DNA of 64,000 nt, from NCBI RefSeq assembly GCF_044324785.1, contig NZ_CP172127.1; one strand, given 5' to 3'. Positions 1-10,619 of this stretch are shown here, in pieces. Both the position numbers and the translations under genes were made by a program. Under the pieces are notes generated by a model. It was given only the letters and a program-made list of their open reading frames with translations, made no database searches and was not told where the DNA came from. The stretch comes from Escherichia coli (GTDB taxonomy: Bacteria; Pseudomonadota; Gammaproteobacteria; Enterobacterales; Enterobacteriaceae). Position 1 is the first letter of the stretch. The number at the start of each line of letters is the position of its first letter.

Positions 1-300
1 GGGATTTTGATAACTCACGAATGCCGTACCTGTTACGGCATTGTTCATAACGTGGATCCCATCGGTAATGACACCTTCATGACGGAGGCGCTCTATAATG
101 AGTCGGCCAAAATCATCATTACCAACACATCCGAAGAAGATGGCCCGATGGGACAGTTTTGCCACCTGAGCAGCAAAAATTGCTGGCGCACCGCTGGGAA
201 ATGGCCCGATAAACTCCCCAGGCTGAGTGAATTTTTGATGCGGGTTGCGGGACAAAAACTCGGCCAGCAATTCGCCCATAGCGCAGATAGTTATTGTCAC
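1..300 (-). CDS. PfkB-family carbohydrate kinase, N-terminal part only (gene runs off the left edge)
   Basis: Minus-strand frame open from GTG ~300 or ATG 279 down to position 1; translation MGELLAEFL...GPFPSGAPAIF...GCVGNDDFG...AVTGTAFVSY follows the same pattern as the N-terminus of the PfkB kinase at 5835-6797. Absent from the ORF track because no stop lies in the window. Confidence 0.55.
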   Translation of the reverse strand, partial: MTITICAMGELLAEFLSRNPHQKFTQPGEFIGPFPSGAPAIFAAQVAKLSHRAIFFGCVGNDDFGRLIIERLRHEGVITDGIHVMNNAVTGTAFVSYQNP

Positions 301-310
301 AAAACCCCTC

Positions 311-1141
311 TCATTCCTGAAGCCTTTCGCGATTGGACCAGGTAAAGCACTCATTACTGGTATAAAGGATAACGAAATCAGCCGACTGCAATTGTTGCTG
401 ATATTGTTCGTTAATGCTGCGGCTGACGATCACATTTTCTGCTTGATGCAAATGCCCGATAGCAGCCGTTGATGGCGCAGGATCGGCGGCAACGATAACC
501 GTCTTATTCTGGGCATTATCGAAACAGAGCTGCCAGGCAGCGGCAAGTCTGGGAACGTTGATATTTAAAGTACCATCAGCATCCAGATGGCTGATTTCCA
601 GAATGCTATGTGTAATGGTGAAATGCTGAAGTGCCTGTTCGAGAGGTTTTCCGGCCAGTGCGGTGTCGGGGCGCAGCATTTCACTGCCAGCCAGTATTAT
701 TTCGCCATCAATAAACTGATTTGCCAGCAGCGCATGTTCGGGATCGTTGGTGATCAGACGCAGTTTTTTCACTTCGCTGAGCAAAGGAATGATCTTACGG
801 CAGATTGTCCCATGTCCAAGAAATAGCGTGTCACGATCGCGAATTAATCGTGCGCAATGTCGTGCTATTTCCATTTGTTGTGCCAGAGACAACGGCGCGA
901 TCGGTTGTATCGCTTCTGGTTCAGAGGAGAGTGGTGTCGCAATAGCACCGCCAAATGATCGCTTTAAATATCCCTGTTGCTCCAGATAACTGAGATCGCC
1001 GCGGATCGTCACGCCAGAGACACCAAGTTGCGCAGATAAGTCATCAACTTTGATTTCACCCTGGGCGGCAACAATTTCTGCAATTTTTAATCTGCGTTTC
1101 AGTAAGTTAGACGATTTTCTCGGCACGTTAACACTCTTCAT
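311..1141 (-). CDS. DeoR-family transcriptional regulator (sugar operon repressor type)
   Basis: 276-aa ORF with N-terminal helix-turn-helix (LKIAEIVAAQGEIKVDDLSAQLGVSGVTIRGDLSYLEQQG) and a DeoR-like C-terminal domain; divergent from the aldolase/ABC operon; AAAGG 5 nt upstream of the ATG. Confidence 0.7.
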   Translation of the reverse strand: MKSVNVPRKSSNLLKRRLKIAEIVAAQGEIKVDDLSAQLGVSGVTIRGDLSYLEQQGYLKRSFGGAIATPLSSEPEAIQPIAPLSLAQQMEIARHCARLIRDRDTLFLGHGTICRKIIPLLSEVKKLRLITNDPEHALLANQFIDGEIILAGSEMLRPDTALAGKPLEQALQHFTITHSILEISHLDADGTLNINVPRLAAAWQLCFDNAQNKTVIVAADPAPSTAAIGHLHQAENVIVSRSINEQYQQQLQSADFVILYTSNECFTWSNRERLQE

Positions 1142-1310
1142 TGGCCTTTAATGCGTAACACTATAGCCCCTTGTATTTTTCTTTGAAAGTTATCCTTCAA
1201 TAATATCGACAATTCGAAAAGAAAAGCATGGGCTAAAAATCGCAACGAAAATATCTTAATACATTGAAAAATAAATGAATAACTTAATATTTATGCAGAT
1301 GTACTATTGG

Positions 1311-1329
1311 TTTCACTTGCAAAGTGAAA
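1311..1329. promoter_or_regulatory. Candidate operator: palindrome TTTCACTT-gca-AAGTGAAA in the divergent promoter region
   Basis: Perfect 8-bp inverted repeat with 3-bp spacer read directly in the AT-rich regulator/aldolase intergenic region; function inferred. Confidence 0.3.
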
Positions 1330-1413
1330 AACAAATTAAGTTATTTTTTGTAAGTTATTTTGATGATATTCGACATGCATCACGCTTTTTGCCGCTTTTG
1401 CTGTGTTAGTTTG

Positions 1414-1428
1414 CTTTCAAAATGAAAG
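1414..1428. promoter_or_regulatory. Candidate operator: palindrome CTTTCA-aaa-TGAAAG sharing the TTTCA/TGAAA half-sites
   Basis: Second inverted repeat with the same half-site, ~55 bp upstream of the aldolase start; function inferred. Confidence 0.3.
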
Positions 1429-1455
1429 TGAAGATTCTGTTTCTTCATTTTGTAA

Positions 1456-2337
<882 letters not shown>

Positions 2338-2372
2338 TACGTTGTACCCTACAAAAACAATGAGGATTGTTT

Positions 2373-3263
2373 ATGAAAAATATTAAATTACTTGGTTCAG
2401 CTATGTTGGTGAGCCTGGCATTATTCTCGCAAAGTTCATTGGCAAAAGAGTATAAAATCGGTGCGTCATTATTAACACAGCAACATCCTTTCTATATTGA
2501 TCTTGCGAATGCCATGAAAGAAGAGGCAAAAAAAGACAATGTCAATTTAAGTGTCTCTATTGCCAATCAGGATTTAAACAAACAACTTTCTGATGTTGAG
2601 GATTTTATTACTAAAAAAGTGGATGCCATTATTATCTCTCCGGTTGATTCGAAAGGCGTCCAGGCGGCGATAATTAAAGCCGATAAGGCCGGTATTCCCG
2701 TTATCACCGTCGACGTCGCTGCGGAAGGCGTTCCGGTCGTATCGCATGTTGCGACCGATAACTACGCGGGAGGCGTTGAAGCAGGCAAGTTAATGGGCAA
2801 ACTTTTGAATGGCAAAGGTACTGTAGCCATTATTTCTTATCCGGCACTACAATCGGTGGTTGCGCGCGTTGATGGTTTTAAGAAAGGGTTAAGCGAGACA
2901 CCGGATATTAAAATTGTTGCTGAACAACCAGGTATAACGCGGGCTGAAGCGTTAACGACTGCGCAAAACATTATGCAGGCCAACGCCAACCTGAATGGTC
3001 TGTTTGGCTTTGGTGATGATGCGGCGTTGGCAGCGGTTATCGCAGCGAAATCTGCGCATAACGACAACATCAAAATCATTGGTTTTGACGGCATGAAAGA
3101 AGCGCGTGATGCCGTTGACAGTGAAAAAACGTTTGCGGCCGTGATTCGGCAATATCCCGATCAAATGGGGGCTAAAGCCATTGATGCTGCTGTTGATCAC
3201 CTCAATGGTAAACCGGTAGAAAAAATGATCCCGGTACAACCCGGCGTTTATACAGGTAAATAA
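2373..3263 (+). CDS. Periplasmic sugar-binding protein of an ABC transporter (RbsB-like)
   Basis: ORF track starts at TTG 2367; ATG at 2373 with GAGGA 7 nt upstream is the likelier start. Signal peptide MKNIKLLGSAMLVSLALFSQSSLA; type I periplasmic binding protein pattern; visibly AT-rich. Confidence 0.8.
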   Translation: MKNIKLLGSAMLVSLALFSQSSLAKEYKIGASLLTQQHPFYIDLANAMKEEAKKDNVNLSVSIANQDLNKQLSDVEDFITKKVDAIIISPVDSKGVQAAIIKADKAGIPVITVDVAAEGVPVVSHVATDNYAGGVEAGKLMGKLLNGKGTVAIISYPALQSVVARVDGFKKGLSETPDIKIVAEQPGITRAEALTTAQNIMQANANLNGLFGFGDDAALAAVIAAKSAHNDNIKIIGFDGMKEARDAVDSEKTFAAVIRQYPDQMGAKAIDAAVDHLNGKPVEKMIPVQPGVYTGK

Positions 3264-3280
3264 TAAACATCTTCATTTCA

Positions 3281-3307
3281 CAACAAAACGTTATCGACGT
3301 TTTGTTG
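3281..3307 (+). other. Intercistronic stem-loop between the binding-protein and ATPase genes
   Basis: Perfect 10-bp inverted repeat CAACAAAACG-ttatcga-CGTTTTGTTG, 17 bp upstream of the ATPase start. Confidence 0.45.
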
Positions 3308-3323
3308 TGACACCGAGGTCATT

Positions 3324-4823
3324 ATGACGGATGTTATTCTTGATGTTTCGCATATTGCGAAGACATTTGGTCATGTTCAGGCATTAAAAAATATTACACT
3401 CTCTTTACGTAAAGGGCGGGTGCATACTTTATTAGGCGAGAATGGTGCCGGTAAATCGACATTAATGAAAATACTCGCCGGTGTTTATCCGCCAACCCAG
3501 GGAACGATAACACTACGTGGTGAAACCATCACCATTAATAATCCGCAGCATTCTCGCCAGTTAGGGATTGCGATTATTTTTCAGGAACTGAGCCTGAGTA
3601 ATAATATGACCGTGGCGGAAAATATCTATGCCAATAATGAACCGCGACGTTTTGGCATTATTAATGATAAAAAAATGCTCGCAGATTGCCAGAATCTCCT
3701 CGCGGAACTGGGCATCCCTCTGGATCCGCTGGAAATGGTCGGCAATATGTCGATGGCACATAGGCAACTGGTAGAAATTGCCAAAGCCTTAAGCTATGCA
3801 GCGGATGTCGTGATTATGGATGAACCGACATCTTCGCTAAGTGATAATGAAGCAGAGATTCTGTTTAACATTATTGAGAAATTAAAGCAGCGAGGTTGTG
3901 CGGTTATTTATATCTCTCATCGCATGGATGAAATTATGCGGATTTCAGATGATATTTCGGTGATCCGCGACGGTGAGTATATCGCTACGCATGAAAAGAA
4001 AAACAGTGATATCCAGCATTTGATTGCCCAAATGGTTGGTCGGGAAATGAAAAATATTTGGCCAGCACGTCTTGGGGAAAAGCCGGATGAAAATGTTCCT
4101 GCAAAACTGGAAGTAAAAAACCTTTCCCATCCCTCGCTTTTTAAAGAGGTCAGTTTCGCTGTGCGTCCGGGGGAAGTCCTTGGATTTTTTGGCCTGGTGG
4201 GAGCCGGGCGTTCCGATGTGATGAAGGCGCTATTTGGCCTCGTTTCGTATCACGGAACTGTGTTGATTGATGGTAAGGAAGTCAGGATCGCTAATCCCAA
4301 ACAGGCTATTGATCATGGCATTGCTTTTGTGACCGAAAACCGCAAGGAAGAAGGGTTAGTGCTGATGCACGACGTCAATATGAACACGCACCATGTGGCG
4401 TTTCAATATAACGCTTCGCGGATGGGACTCATCAATCACCGACAAGAAGAGGCGAAGACGCTGCAATCTATTGCCAGAATGAACACTAAAGTGAGTTCTG
4501 TACATCAGGCAGTGGGAGCGCTGAGCGGCGGTAATCAACAGAAAATCGTGTTATCGAAGTGGCTGGAGAAAACTCCGCGTATTTTATTGCTCGATGAGCC
4601 AACGCGCGGAGTGGATGTCGGCGCAAAATTTGAAATCTATAACGTGATACGTCAACTGGCTGCGGCAGGGACAGCAATTATTCTGGTGTCCTCTGAACTG
4701 CCAGAAGTCATGGCACTTAGCGATCGTCTGGTGGTAATGCGTAATAAAACGATTGCCGATATTTATTCATGTGAAAATTTAACGCAGACACAGGTAATGA
4801 CCGCTGCAACAGGAGTACGTTAA
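3324..4823 (+). CDS. Sugar ABC transporter ATP-binding protein with two nucleotide-binding domains (RbsA/MglA-like)
   Basis: 499-aa ORF with two Walker A motifs (GENGAGKST and GLVGAGRS) and two LSGGxQQ-type signatures; AT-rich. Confidence 0.85.
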   Translation: MTDVILDVSHIAKTFGHVQALKNITLSLRKGRVHTLLGENGAGKSTLMKILAGVYPPTQGTITLRGETITINNPQHSRQLGIAIIFQELSLSNNMTVAENIYANNEPRRFGIINDKKMLADCQNLLAELGIPLDPLEMVGNMSMAHRQLVEIAKALSYAADVVIMDEPTSSLSDNEAEILFNIIEKLKQRGCAVIYISHRMDEIMRISDDISVIRDGEYIATHEKKNSDIQHLIAQMVGREMKNIWPARLGEKPDENVPAKLEVKNLSHPSLFKEVSFAVRPGEVLGFFGLVGAGRSDVMKALFGLVSYHGTVLIDGKEVRIANPKQAIDHGIAFVTENRKEEGLVLMHDVNMNTHHVAFQYNASRMGLINHRQEEAKTLQSIARMNTKVSSVHQAVGALSGGNQQKIVLSKWLEKTPRILLLDEPTRGVDVGAKFEIYNVIRQLAAAGTAIILVSSELPEVMALSDRLVVMRNKTIADIYSCENLTQTQVMTAATGVR

Positions 4824-5813
4824 ATGACAGAGAAAACTCTTGCCAGTCCGAAACCTTCGGAAATACCCATTGCAAATAATTTTAAAAAAGTCTTCAGGCA
4901 ATATGGCGGTATCCTCAGTGGAATGGTGGTGTTAATCATTCTGTTCAGTTTTATTAATGACAGTTTTTTTACTGCCAATAACATTACTAATATTATTCTT
5001 CAGGTTTCGATAATTGCAATTACCGCCTATGGAATGACTTATGTACTTTTGCTTGGCGATATTGATTTATCGGTCGGTTCAACCATTGCATTGATTGGCA
5101 CATTTGCTGCGCTTGGGGCTTCATGGGGAATTCCATTTATTTTATTGGTCCCATTATCCATTATTGCAGCCCTGGCTCTGGGGATGATAAATGGTGGCTT
5201 GACGGCTATAGCGGGTATCCCTTCGTTTATTGTCACCGTTGCTACTATGGGGATCTTCCGTGGTATCGCTTATATAGTGACCGATGGTATGCCCATCATG
5301 ATTAAAGATGATGCCTTTCTGGCGCTGGGGAATGGAGAATTTCTCTATATACCTATTCCAATCTGGATATTAATTATCTTATTGCTGATTAACCATTTCA
5401 TTCTTACTAAAACAACCTTTGGACGAAAAATTTATATCACTGGTGGTAATAAAGAAGCGGCAGTTTATTCAGGGATAAATGTCACCCGCTTGAAAATAAA
5501 AGTCTTTATGATTACAGCTGTGCTGGCAGGTATCAGCGGGATGATCCTCGCGTCACGCCTTTATTCCGGGCAACCGAATTCCGCGTTGAGCTACGAACTG
5601 GATGCTATTGCCGCGGCTGTACTGGGAGGCACCAGCCTGAACGGCGGCTATGGAACCGTGGTGGGGACGGTGATCGGCGCATTAACCATCGGCGTTATTA
5701 ATAATGGCATGAACTTAATGAATGTTCCCTATTTTTACCAGATGGTGGTTAAAGGATTAGTCATTCTTGTAGCCGTTTATTTTGACGTAAGAAATAAAAG
5801 AAAACGCAGCTAA
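4824..5813 (+). CDS. Sugar ABC transporter permease (RbsC/AraH-like)
   Basis: 329-aa hydrophobic ORF; ATG directly follows the ATPase TAA, implying translational coupling. Confidence 0.85.
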   Translation: MTEKTLASPKPSEIPIANNFKKVFRQYGGILSGMVVLIILFSFINDSFFTANNITNIILQVSIIAITAYGMTYVLLLGDIDLSVGSTIALIGTFAALGASWGIPFILLVPLSIIAALALGMINGGLTAIAGIPSFIVTVATMGIFRGIAYIVTDGMPIMIKDDAFLALGNGEFLYIPIPIWILIILLLINHFILTKTTFGRKIYITGGNKEAAVYSGINVTRLKIKVFMITAVLAGISGMILASRLYSGQPNSALSYELDAIAAAVLGGTSLNGGYGTVVGTVIGALTIGVINNGMNLMNVPYFYQMVVKGLVILVAVYFDVRNKRKRS

Positions 5814-5834
5814 TCATTTCAAGGAATTAATCAT

Positions 5835-6797
5835 ATGAGTAAGGTCTTCACAATTGGAGAAATTCTGGTTGAAATTATGGCGAGTAAAATCGGCCAGCCA
5901 TTTGATCAACCAGGTATCTGGAACGGCCCTTATCCCAGTGGTGCGCCCGCTATTTTTATCGACCAGGTGACACGTCTTGGCGTTCCGTGCGGCATCATTA
6001 GTTGTGTGGGGAATGATGGCTTTGGTGATATTAATATACATCGTCTGGCTGCTGACGGTGTGGATATCAGGGGGATTTCAGTCTTACCTCTGGAAGCTAC
6101 CGGGAGTGCCTTTGTTACTTATCATAACTCTGGCGATCGCGATTTTATTTTTAATATCAAGAATGCCGCTTGCGGTAAATTATCGGCGCAGCATGTTGAT
6201 GAAAATATTCTGAAGGACTGTACCCATTTTCATATTATGGGTTCATCCCTGTTTTCATTCCATATGGTAGACGCAGTAAAGAAAGCGGTAACCATTGTAA
6301 AGGAGAATGGTGGCGTTATTTCTTTCGACCCTAATATTCGGAAAGAGATGCTCGATATTCCAGAAATGCGTGACGCCCTCCACTTTGTTCTTGAGTTAAC
6401 AGATATCTATATGCCCAGCGAGGGAGAAGTGTTGCTCTTGTCGCCACACTCGACACCGGAGCGTGCAATCGCTGGTTTTCTTGAAGAAGGTGTTAAAGAG
6501 GTGATTGTGAAGCGCGGCAATCAAGGTGCCAGTTACTACTCCGCGAATGAGCAGTTTCATGTTGAGAGCTATCCGGTGGAAGAAGTTGACCCGACCGGTG
6601 CGGGAGACTGCTTTGGTGGCGCGTGGATTGCCTGCCGCCAGCTAGGGTTTGACGCCCATCGGGCATTACAATATGCCAACGCCTGCGGTGCACTGGCGGT
6701 AACCCGACGTGGTCCAATGGAGGGAACGTCTCGCCTTGCGGAAATCGAAGCGTTCATCCAGCGCCATGACATGTCCATTCGGGAAGCAGCACAATGA
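5835..6797 (+). CDS. PfkB-family sugar kinase (ribokinase/fructokinase-like)
   Basis: 320-aa ORF; AAGGA upstream; N-terminal glycine-rich motif and C-terminal DPTGAGDCFGGAW anion-hole/catalytic motif typical of the PfkB family. Confidence 0.8.
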   Translation: MSKVFTIGEILVEIMASKIGQPFDQPGIWNGPYPSGAPAIFIDQVTRLGVPCGIISCVGNDGFGDINIHRLAADGVDIRGISVLPLEATGSAFVTYHNSGDRDFIFNIKNAACGKLSAQHVDENILKDCTHFHIMGSSLFSFHMVDAVKKAVTIVKENGGVISFDPNIRKEMLDIPEMRDALHFVLELTDIYMPSEGEVLLLSPHSTPERAIAGFLEEGVKEVIVKRGNQGASYYSANEQFHVESYPVEEVDPTGAGDCFGGAWIACRQLGFDAHRALQYANACGALAVTRRGPMEGTSRLAEIEAFIQRHDMSIREAAQ

Positions 6798-7840
6798 AAA
6801 ACGAAATTTGGTCGTGGATTGGCGATCTCTCGCAGGTTGCCGGAATTAAACACTATGAGTTACGTAGTGGCAGAGCAAAGGGGACAGAAGCGTTTGATGT
6901 CCGTACCGGTGCGGGACTGGCATTTACGGTGGTAAAAGATCGCGCGCTGGATATTGCATGGGCCAGCTACAAGGACACTGCGCTCTCTTTTATCACCCCC
7001 AACGGCATTGTCGCCCCCGCTTTTTTTGAGTCTCAGGGCAACGGGTTTTTACGTAGCTTCTACGCGGGGTTACTGACTACCTGCGGACTTAGCTACATTG
7101 GCACGCCCTGTGAGGATGACGGAGAAACGCTGGGGTTACACGGGCGTTTGGCTGCGACTCCAGCAGAAGAGGTGGGGTATCGCACAGAACGGACCGACGA
7201 CGGCATTGAATTTGTCATCAATGGCAAAGTACGGGAAACACGATTGTTCGGTGAAAATCTGACGCTGGAAAGGACCATTCGCTGCCGCTATGGCGAAAAT
7301 GTGCTGCGCATTGAAGACAAGGTGACTAATCATGGTTTCACCCGCCAGCCGCTGCAAATTCTTTATCACTTTAATTACGGCTGGCCTTTATTATCGCCAC
7401 AGGCAGAAATTTTGCTGTCGGCTAAAAGCGTAACGCCACGAACTCCGCATGCGGCGGAAGGGATAGCCAGTCATCTGGAGATTTGTACCCCACAGCCCGG
7501 TTTTGACGAGCAGGTTTACTATCTCACGTTGAATAGTGACAGTCAGGGGATGAGTAAAGTTGCGCTGGTGAACGCTGAACTGGGGTGGGGAATTTACGAG
7601 AAATTCGACACCATGCAGCTACCCAACTTTATCCAGTGGAAAAATTTAGGCGCGGGTGAATATGTTATGGGGCTGGAGGTCAGCAATAGTTTTCCTGACG
7701 GTCGTGATAAAGAACGAGCGCAGGGGCGTCTGCCCTTTATAGAGCCAGGGGAAACAAAGACATACTGCTTTGAGCTGGGAATTGTTGATGGCGATGCTGA
7801 AATTAGCGCGTTGAAAGCGGAAATTGCAAGCTACCGTTAG
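6794..7840 (+). CDS. Aldose 1-epimerase (mutarotase)-like protein, uncharacterised
   Basis: 348-aa ORF overlapping the kinase stop by ATGA; contains LYHFNYGWP and GLEVSNSFPD...PGE motifs reminiscent of galactose mutarotase-fold proteins; assignment from motif recall only. Confidence 0.5.
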   Translation: MKNEIWSWIGDLSQVAGIKHYELRSGRAKGTEAFDVRTGAGLAFTVVKDRALDIAWASYKDTALSFITPNGIVAPAFFESQGNGFLRSFYAGLLTTCGLSYIGTPCEDDGETLGLHGRLAATPAEEVGYRTERTDDGIEFVINGKVRETRLFGENLTLERTIRCRYGENVLRIEDKVTNHGFTRQPLQILYHFNYGWPLLSPQAEILLSAKSVTPRTPHAAEGIASHLEICTPQPGFDEQVYYLTLNSDSQGMSKVALVNAELGWGIYEKFDTMQLPNFIQWKNLGAGEYVMGLEVSNSFPDGRDKERAQGRLPFIEPGETKTYCFELGIVDGDAEISALKAEIASYR

Positions 7841-7850
7841 CTAACGGCAA

Positions 7851-7886
7851 TAAAAACGCCGGGCAGCGTTAACAGGCCCGGCGTTG
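7851..7886 (-). terminator. Rho-independent terminator downstream of accC, shared with the convergent sugar operon
   Basis: 10-bp stem AACGCCGGGC/GCCCGGCGTT with 11-nt loop, followed on the minus strand by TTTTTATT. Confidence 0.5.
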
Positions 7887-7931
7887 ATTACGTTCTTTGC
7901 TAAGCGCGATGAAAACACCGCGCGTCACAAA

Positions 7932-9281
7932 TTATTTTTCCTGAAGACCGAGTTTTTTCTCCAGATAGTGGATGTTAGTGCCACCATGCTGGAAGTTCTC
8001 GTCATTCATGATGCGGATCTGCAGATCAACGTTGGTTTTGATACCGTCGATGATCAGCTCCTGCAGCGCATTCTTCATGCGGGCAATCGCCACGTCACGG
8101 TTTTCACCGTAGCAAATCAGCTTACCGATCATTGAGTCATAGTACGGCGGTACGGTGTAGCCCGCGTAGATATGAGACTCCCAACGCACGCCAAAACCGC
8201 CTGGTGCGTGGAAACGGGTGATTTTGCCCGGGCTTGGCAGGAAGGTGTTCGGATCTTCGGCGTTGATACGGCATTCCACCGCATGGCCGCGAACGTGAAC
8301 TTCTTCTTGCTTGATCGACAGCGGTTGACCGGCAGCGATACGCAGCTGTTCTTTGATCAGGTCAACGCCGGTGATCATTTCGGTAACCGGATGTTCTACC
8401 TGAATACGGGTGTTCATTTCGATGAAATAGAACTCGCCGTTTTCGAACAGGAACTCGAAAGTACCTGCGCCGCGATAGCCGATATCAACACACGCTTTAG
8501 CACAACGTTCGCCGATGTAGCGACGCAGTTCCGGAGTAATGCCCGGTGCTGGTGCTTCTTCGACCACTTTCTGGTGGCGGCGCTGCATGGAGCAGTCACG
8601 TTCCGCCAGATAGATAGCGTTGCCCTGACCGTCAGCCAGTACCTGAATCTCGACGTGGCGAGGATTTTCCAGGTATTTCTCCATGTAAACCATATCGTTG
8701 CTGAAAGCAGCTTTCGCTTCCGCACGGGTCATGGAGATGGATTGTGCCAGTTCAGCGTCGCCGCGCACTACGCGCATACCGCGACCGCCGCCGCCGCCGG
8801 AGGCTTTGATAATTACCGGATAACCAATGCGTTTAGCAATGGCGCGGTTTTTATCCATATCGTCGCCCAGCGGGCCGTCAGAACCCGGTACGCAAGGAAC
8901 GCCAGCTTTTTTCATCGCCGCGATTGCGGATACTTTGTCGCCCATCAGGCGAATGGTTTCTGCTTTCGGGCCAATGAAGATAAAGCCGGAGCGTTCAACC
9001 TGTTCAGCAAAGTTGGCGTTCTCGGAGAGGAAGCCGTAGCCCGGATGGATTGCTACTGCGCCGGTGATTTCAGCGGCGCTGATGATTGCCGGGATGTTCA
9101 GATAACTTTTTACTGACGGAGCAGGGCCGATACAGACCGTTTCATCTGCCAGTAATACGTGTTTTAAATCGCGATCCGCGCTGGAGTGCACAGCGACAGT
9201 CTTGATGCCCAATTCTTTACAGGCACGAAGAATACGCAATGCAATCTCGCCGCGGTTGGCAATAACAATTTTATCCAGCAT
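7932..9281 (-). CDS. accC: Biotin carboxylase subunit of acetyl-CoA carboxylase
   Basis: 449-aa protein from [16 protein letters not shown] (ORF track has a 13-codon N-terminal extension); GAGG RBS; sequence recognised as E. coli AccC. Confidence 0.95.
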
Positions 9282-9291
9282 GTTCGCCTCG

Positions 9292-9762
9292 TTACTCGAT
9301 GACGACCAGCGGCTCGTCAAATTCTACCGGTTGTCCACTTTCGACCAGAATTGCTTTCACGGTACCGGATTTGTCCGCTTCGATCTGGTTCATCATTTTC
9401 ATGGCTTCAACGATGCACAGGGTATCGCCCACGTTGACTTTCTGACCCACTTCGATGAACGCTTTTGCGTCCGGGCTTGGGGTGCGGTAGAAAGTACCAA
9501 CCATCGGGGAACGTACGATGTGACCACTGATTTCCGCTGCTGCTGGCGCTTCCATGGAAGGAACGGTCGCCGGAGCGGCTGCGTTAGATTGAGCTGGCTG
9601 CTGCATCATTGGTGCAGCGTAAGCTTGTTGCATCACAGGGAAACTTGCGGCAGGAGCTGCACGGCTAATGCGTACTGACTCTTCGCCTTCAGAAATTTCC
9701 AGTTCGGAGATGCCTGATTCTTCAACCAGCTCGATCAGTTTTTTAATCTTACGAATATCCAT
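9292..9762 (-). CDS. accB: Biotin carboxyl carrier protein
   Basis: 156-aa ORF with Ala/Pro-rich linker and biotinylation motif [10 protein letters not shown]; immediately upstream of accC. Confidence 0.95.
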
Positions 9763-10525
9763 GAGTGGGTTCCGTACTCTTTGTTTAGTGTGATTGTGAC
9801 AGGCGTTTCACCGCCGTCTGTAAAGCGTATGCCCCGACAGCTGTATGCATAGCGATAAATTCCAGCAGGCCGGGACGCCGGTCTATTTTGCCCCAGAGTG
9901 TCAATGTTAGACTTGACGGACATTGTGCAGCGATCTGCTGCTATCCTCCGGCAAAAAACAAAATATACCTTCGTTGCGCCAATGTCACCTTTTCCGCAGC
10001 GCAAAAACTGCGTCAGGGAGGACGAGGTCGCACATTATAACGATTTCGTAGCAATTGGCAGCTAAATACTGGTCTTATCAGGGAAGATAATCAACAGCTA
10101 ACATGTAAATAACCTTCAACACCGTGTAATTTGCAACAAGCCGCACAATTCACGAAATTAGCGCCATCATCGACGGAACTTCTTATAACGTAAGGCTAAA
10201 AGCTGTAAAGCCAGCCCTGCGAAGATGAGGGGCTGCAATGAGATAATCTTCACAGACCACAAATAATGTAGGGATGCCAGGATCGCGACAAGATCGACGA
10301 CATTACGCAGCGGTTGCTGGGGATTGCCCAATTTTCACTGCATCGTCTGGATAAATGTGAATGCTAAAGCACGCAAAATCAACCGCCTGACAATGCTCAG
10401 CATGAAATAGGTTTAACTGGTTAATTTGTAATCAAACAAAATCAGATTATTCCCCCCATTTTGCAGAAGGTAAACTGTTTTGTCAGGCGGCAGTACGGCT
10501 ATGTGATGCACTGCCGCGTGACAAT

Positions 10526-10554
10526 AAAAAAGCCGATTTGGTAGCAAAATCGGC
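10526..10554 (-). terminator. Rho-independent terminator after the 276-aa gene
   Basis: Stem GCCGAT(TTG)/(CAAA)ATCGGC followed on the minus strand by a T-run (plus-strand AAAAAA at 10526-10531); a second hairpin GCGGCAGT...ACTGCCGC lies at ~10487-10517. Confidence 0.5.
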
Positions 10555-10619
10555 TTCGGTGAGTTTGCAGCATTCATCACATACTCCGACAAGCTTTTTC
10601 AAGCATGACGGAGGTTGCG

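Noticed and set aside
7-345. 112-aa plus-strand ORF at the left edge
   Set aside because: It lies antisense to the partial PfkB kinase and overlaps the DeoR gene end; the minus-strand frame has clear kinase homology, so this is a shadow ORF.
8172-9116. 314-aa plus-strand ORF
   Set aside because: Entirely antisense to accC, whose identity is unambiguous; a long shadow frame typical of highly expressed genes.
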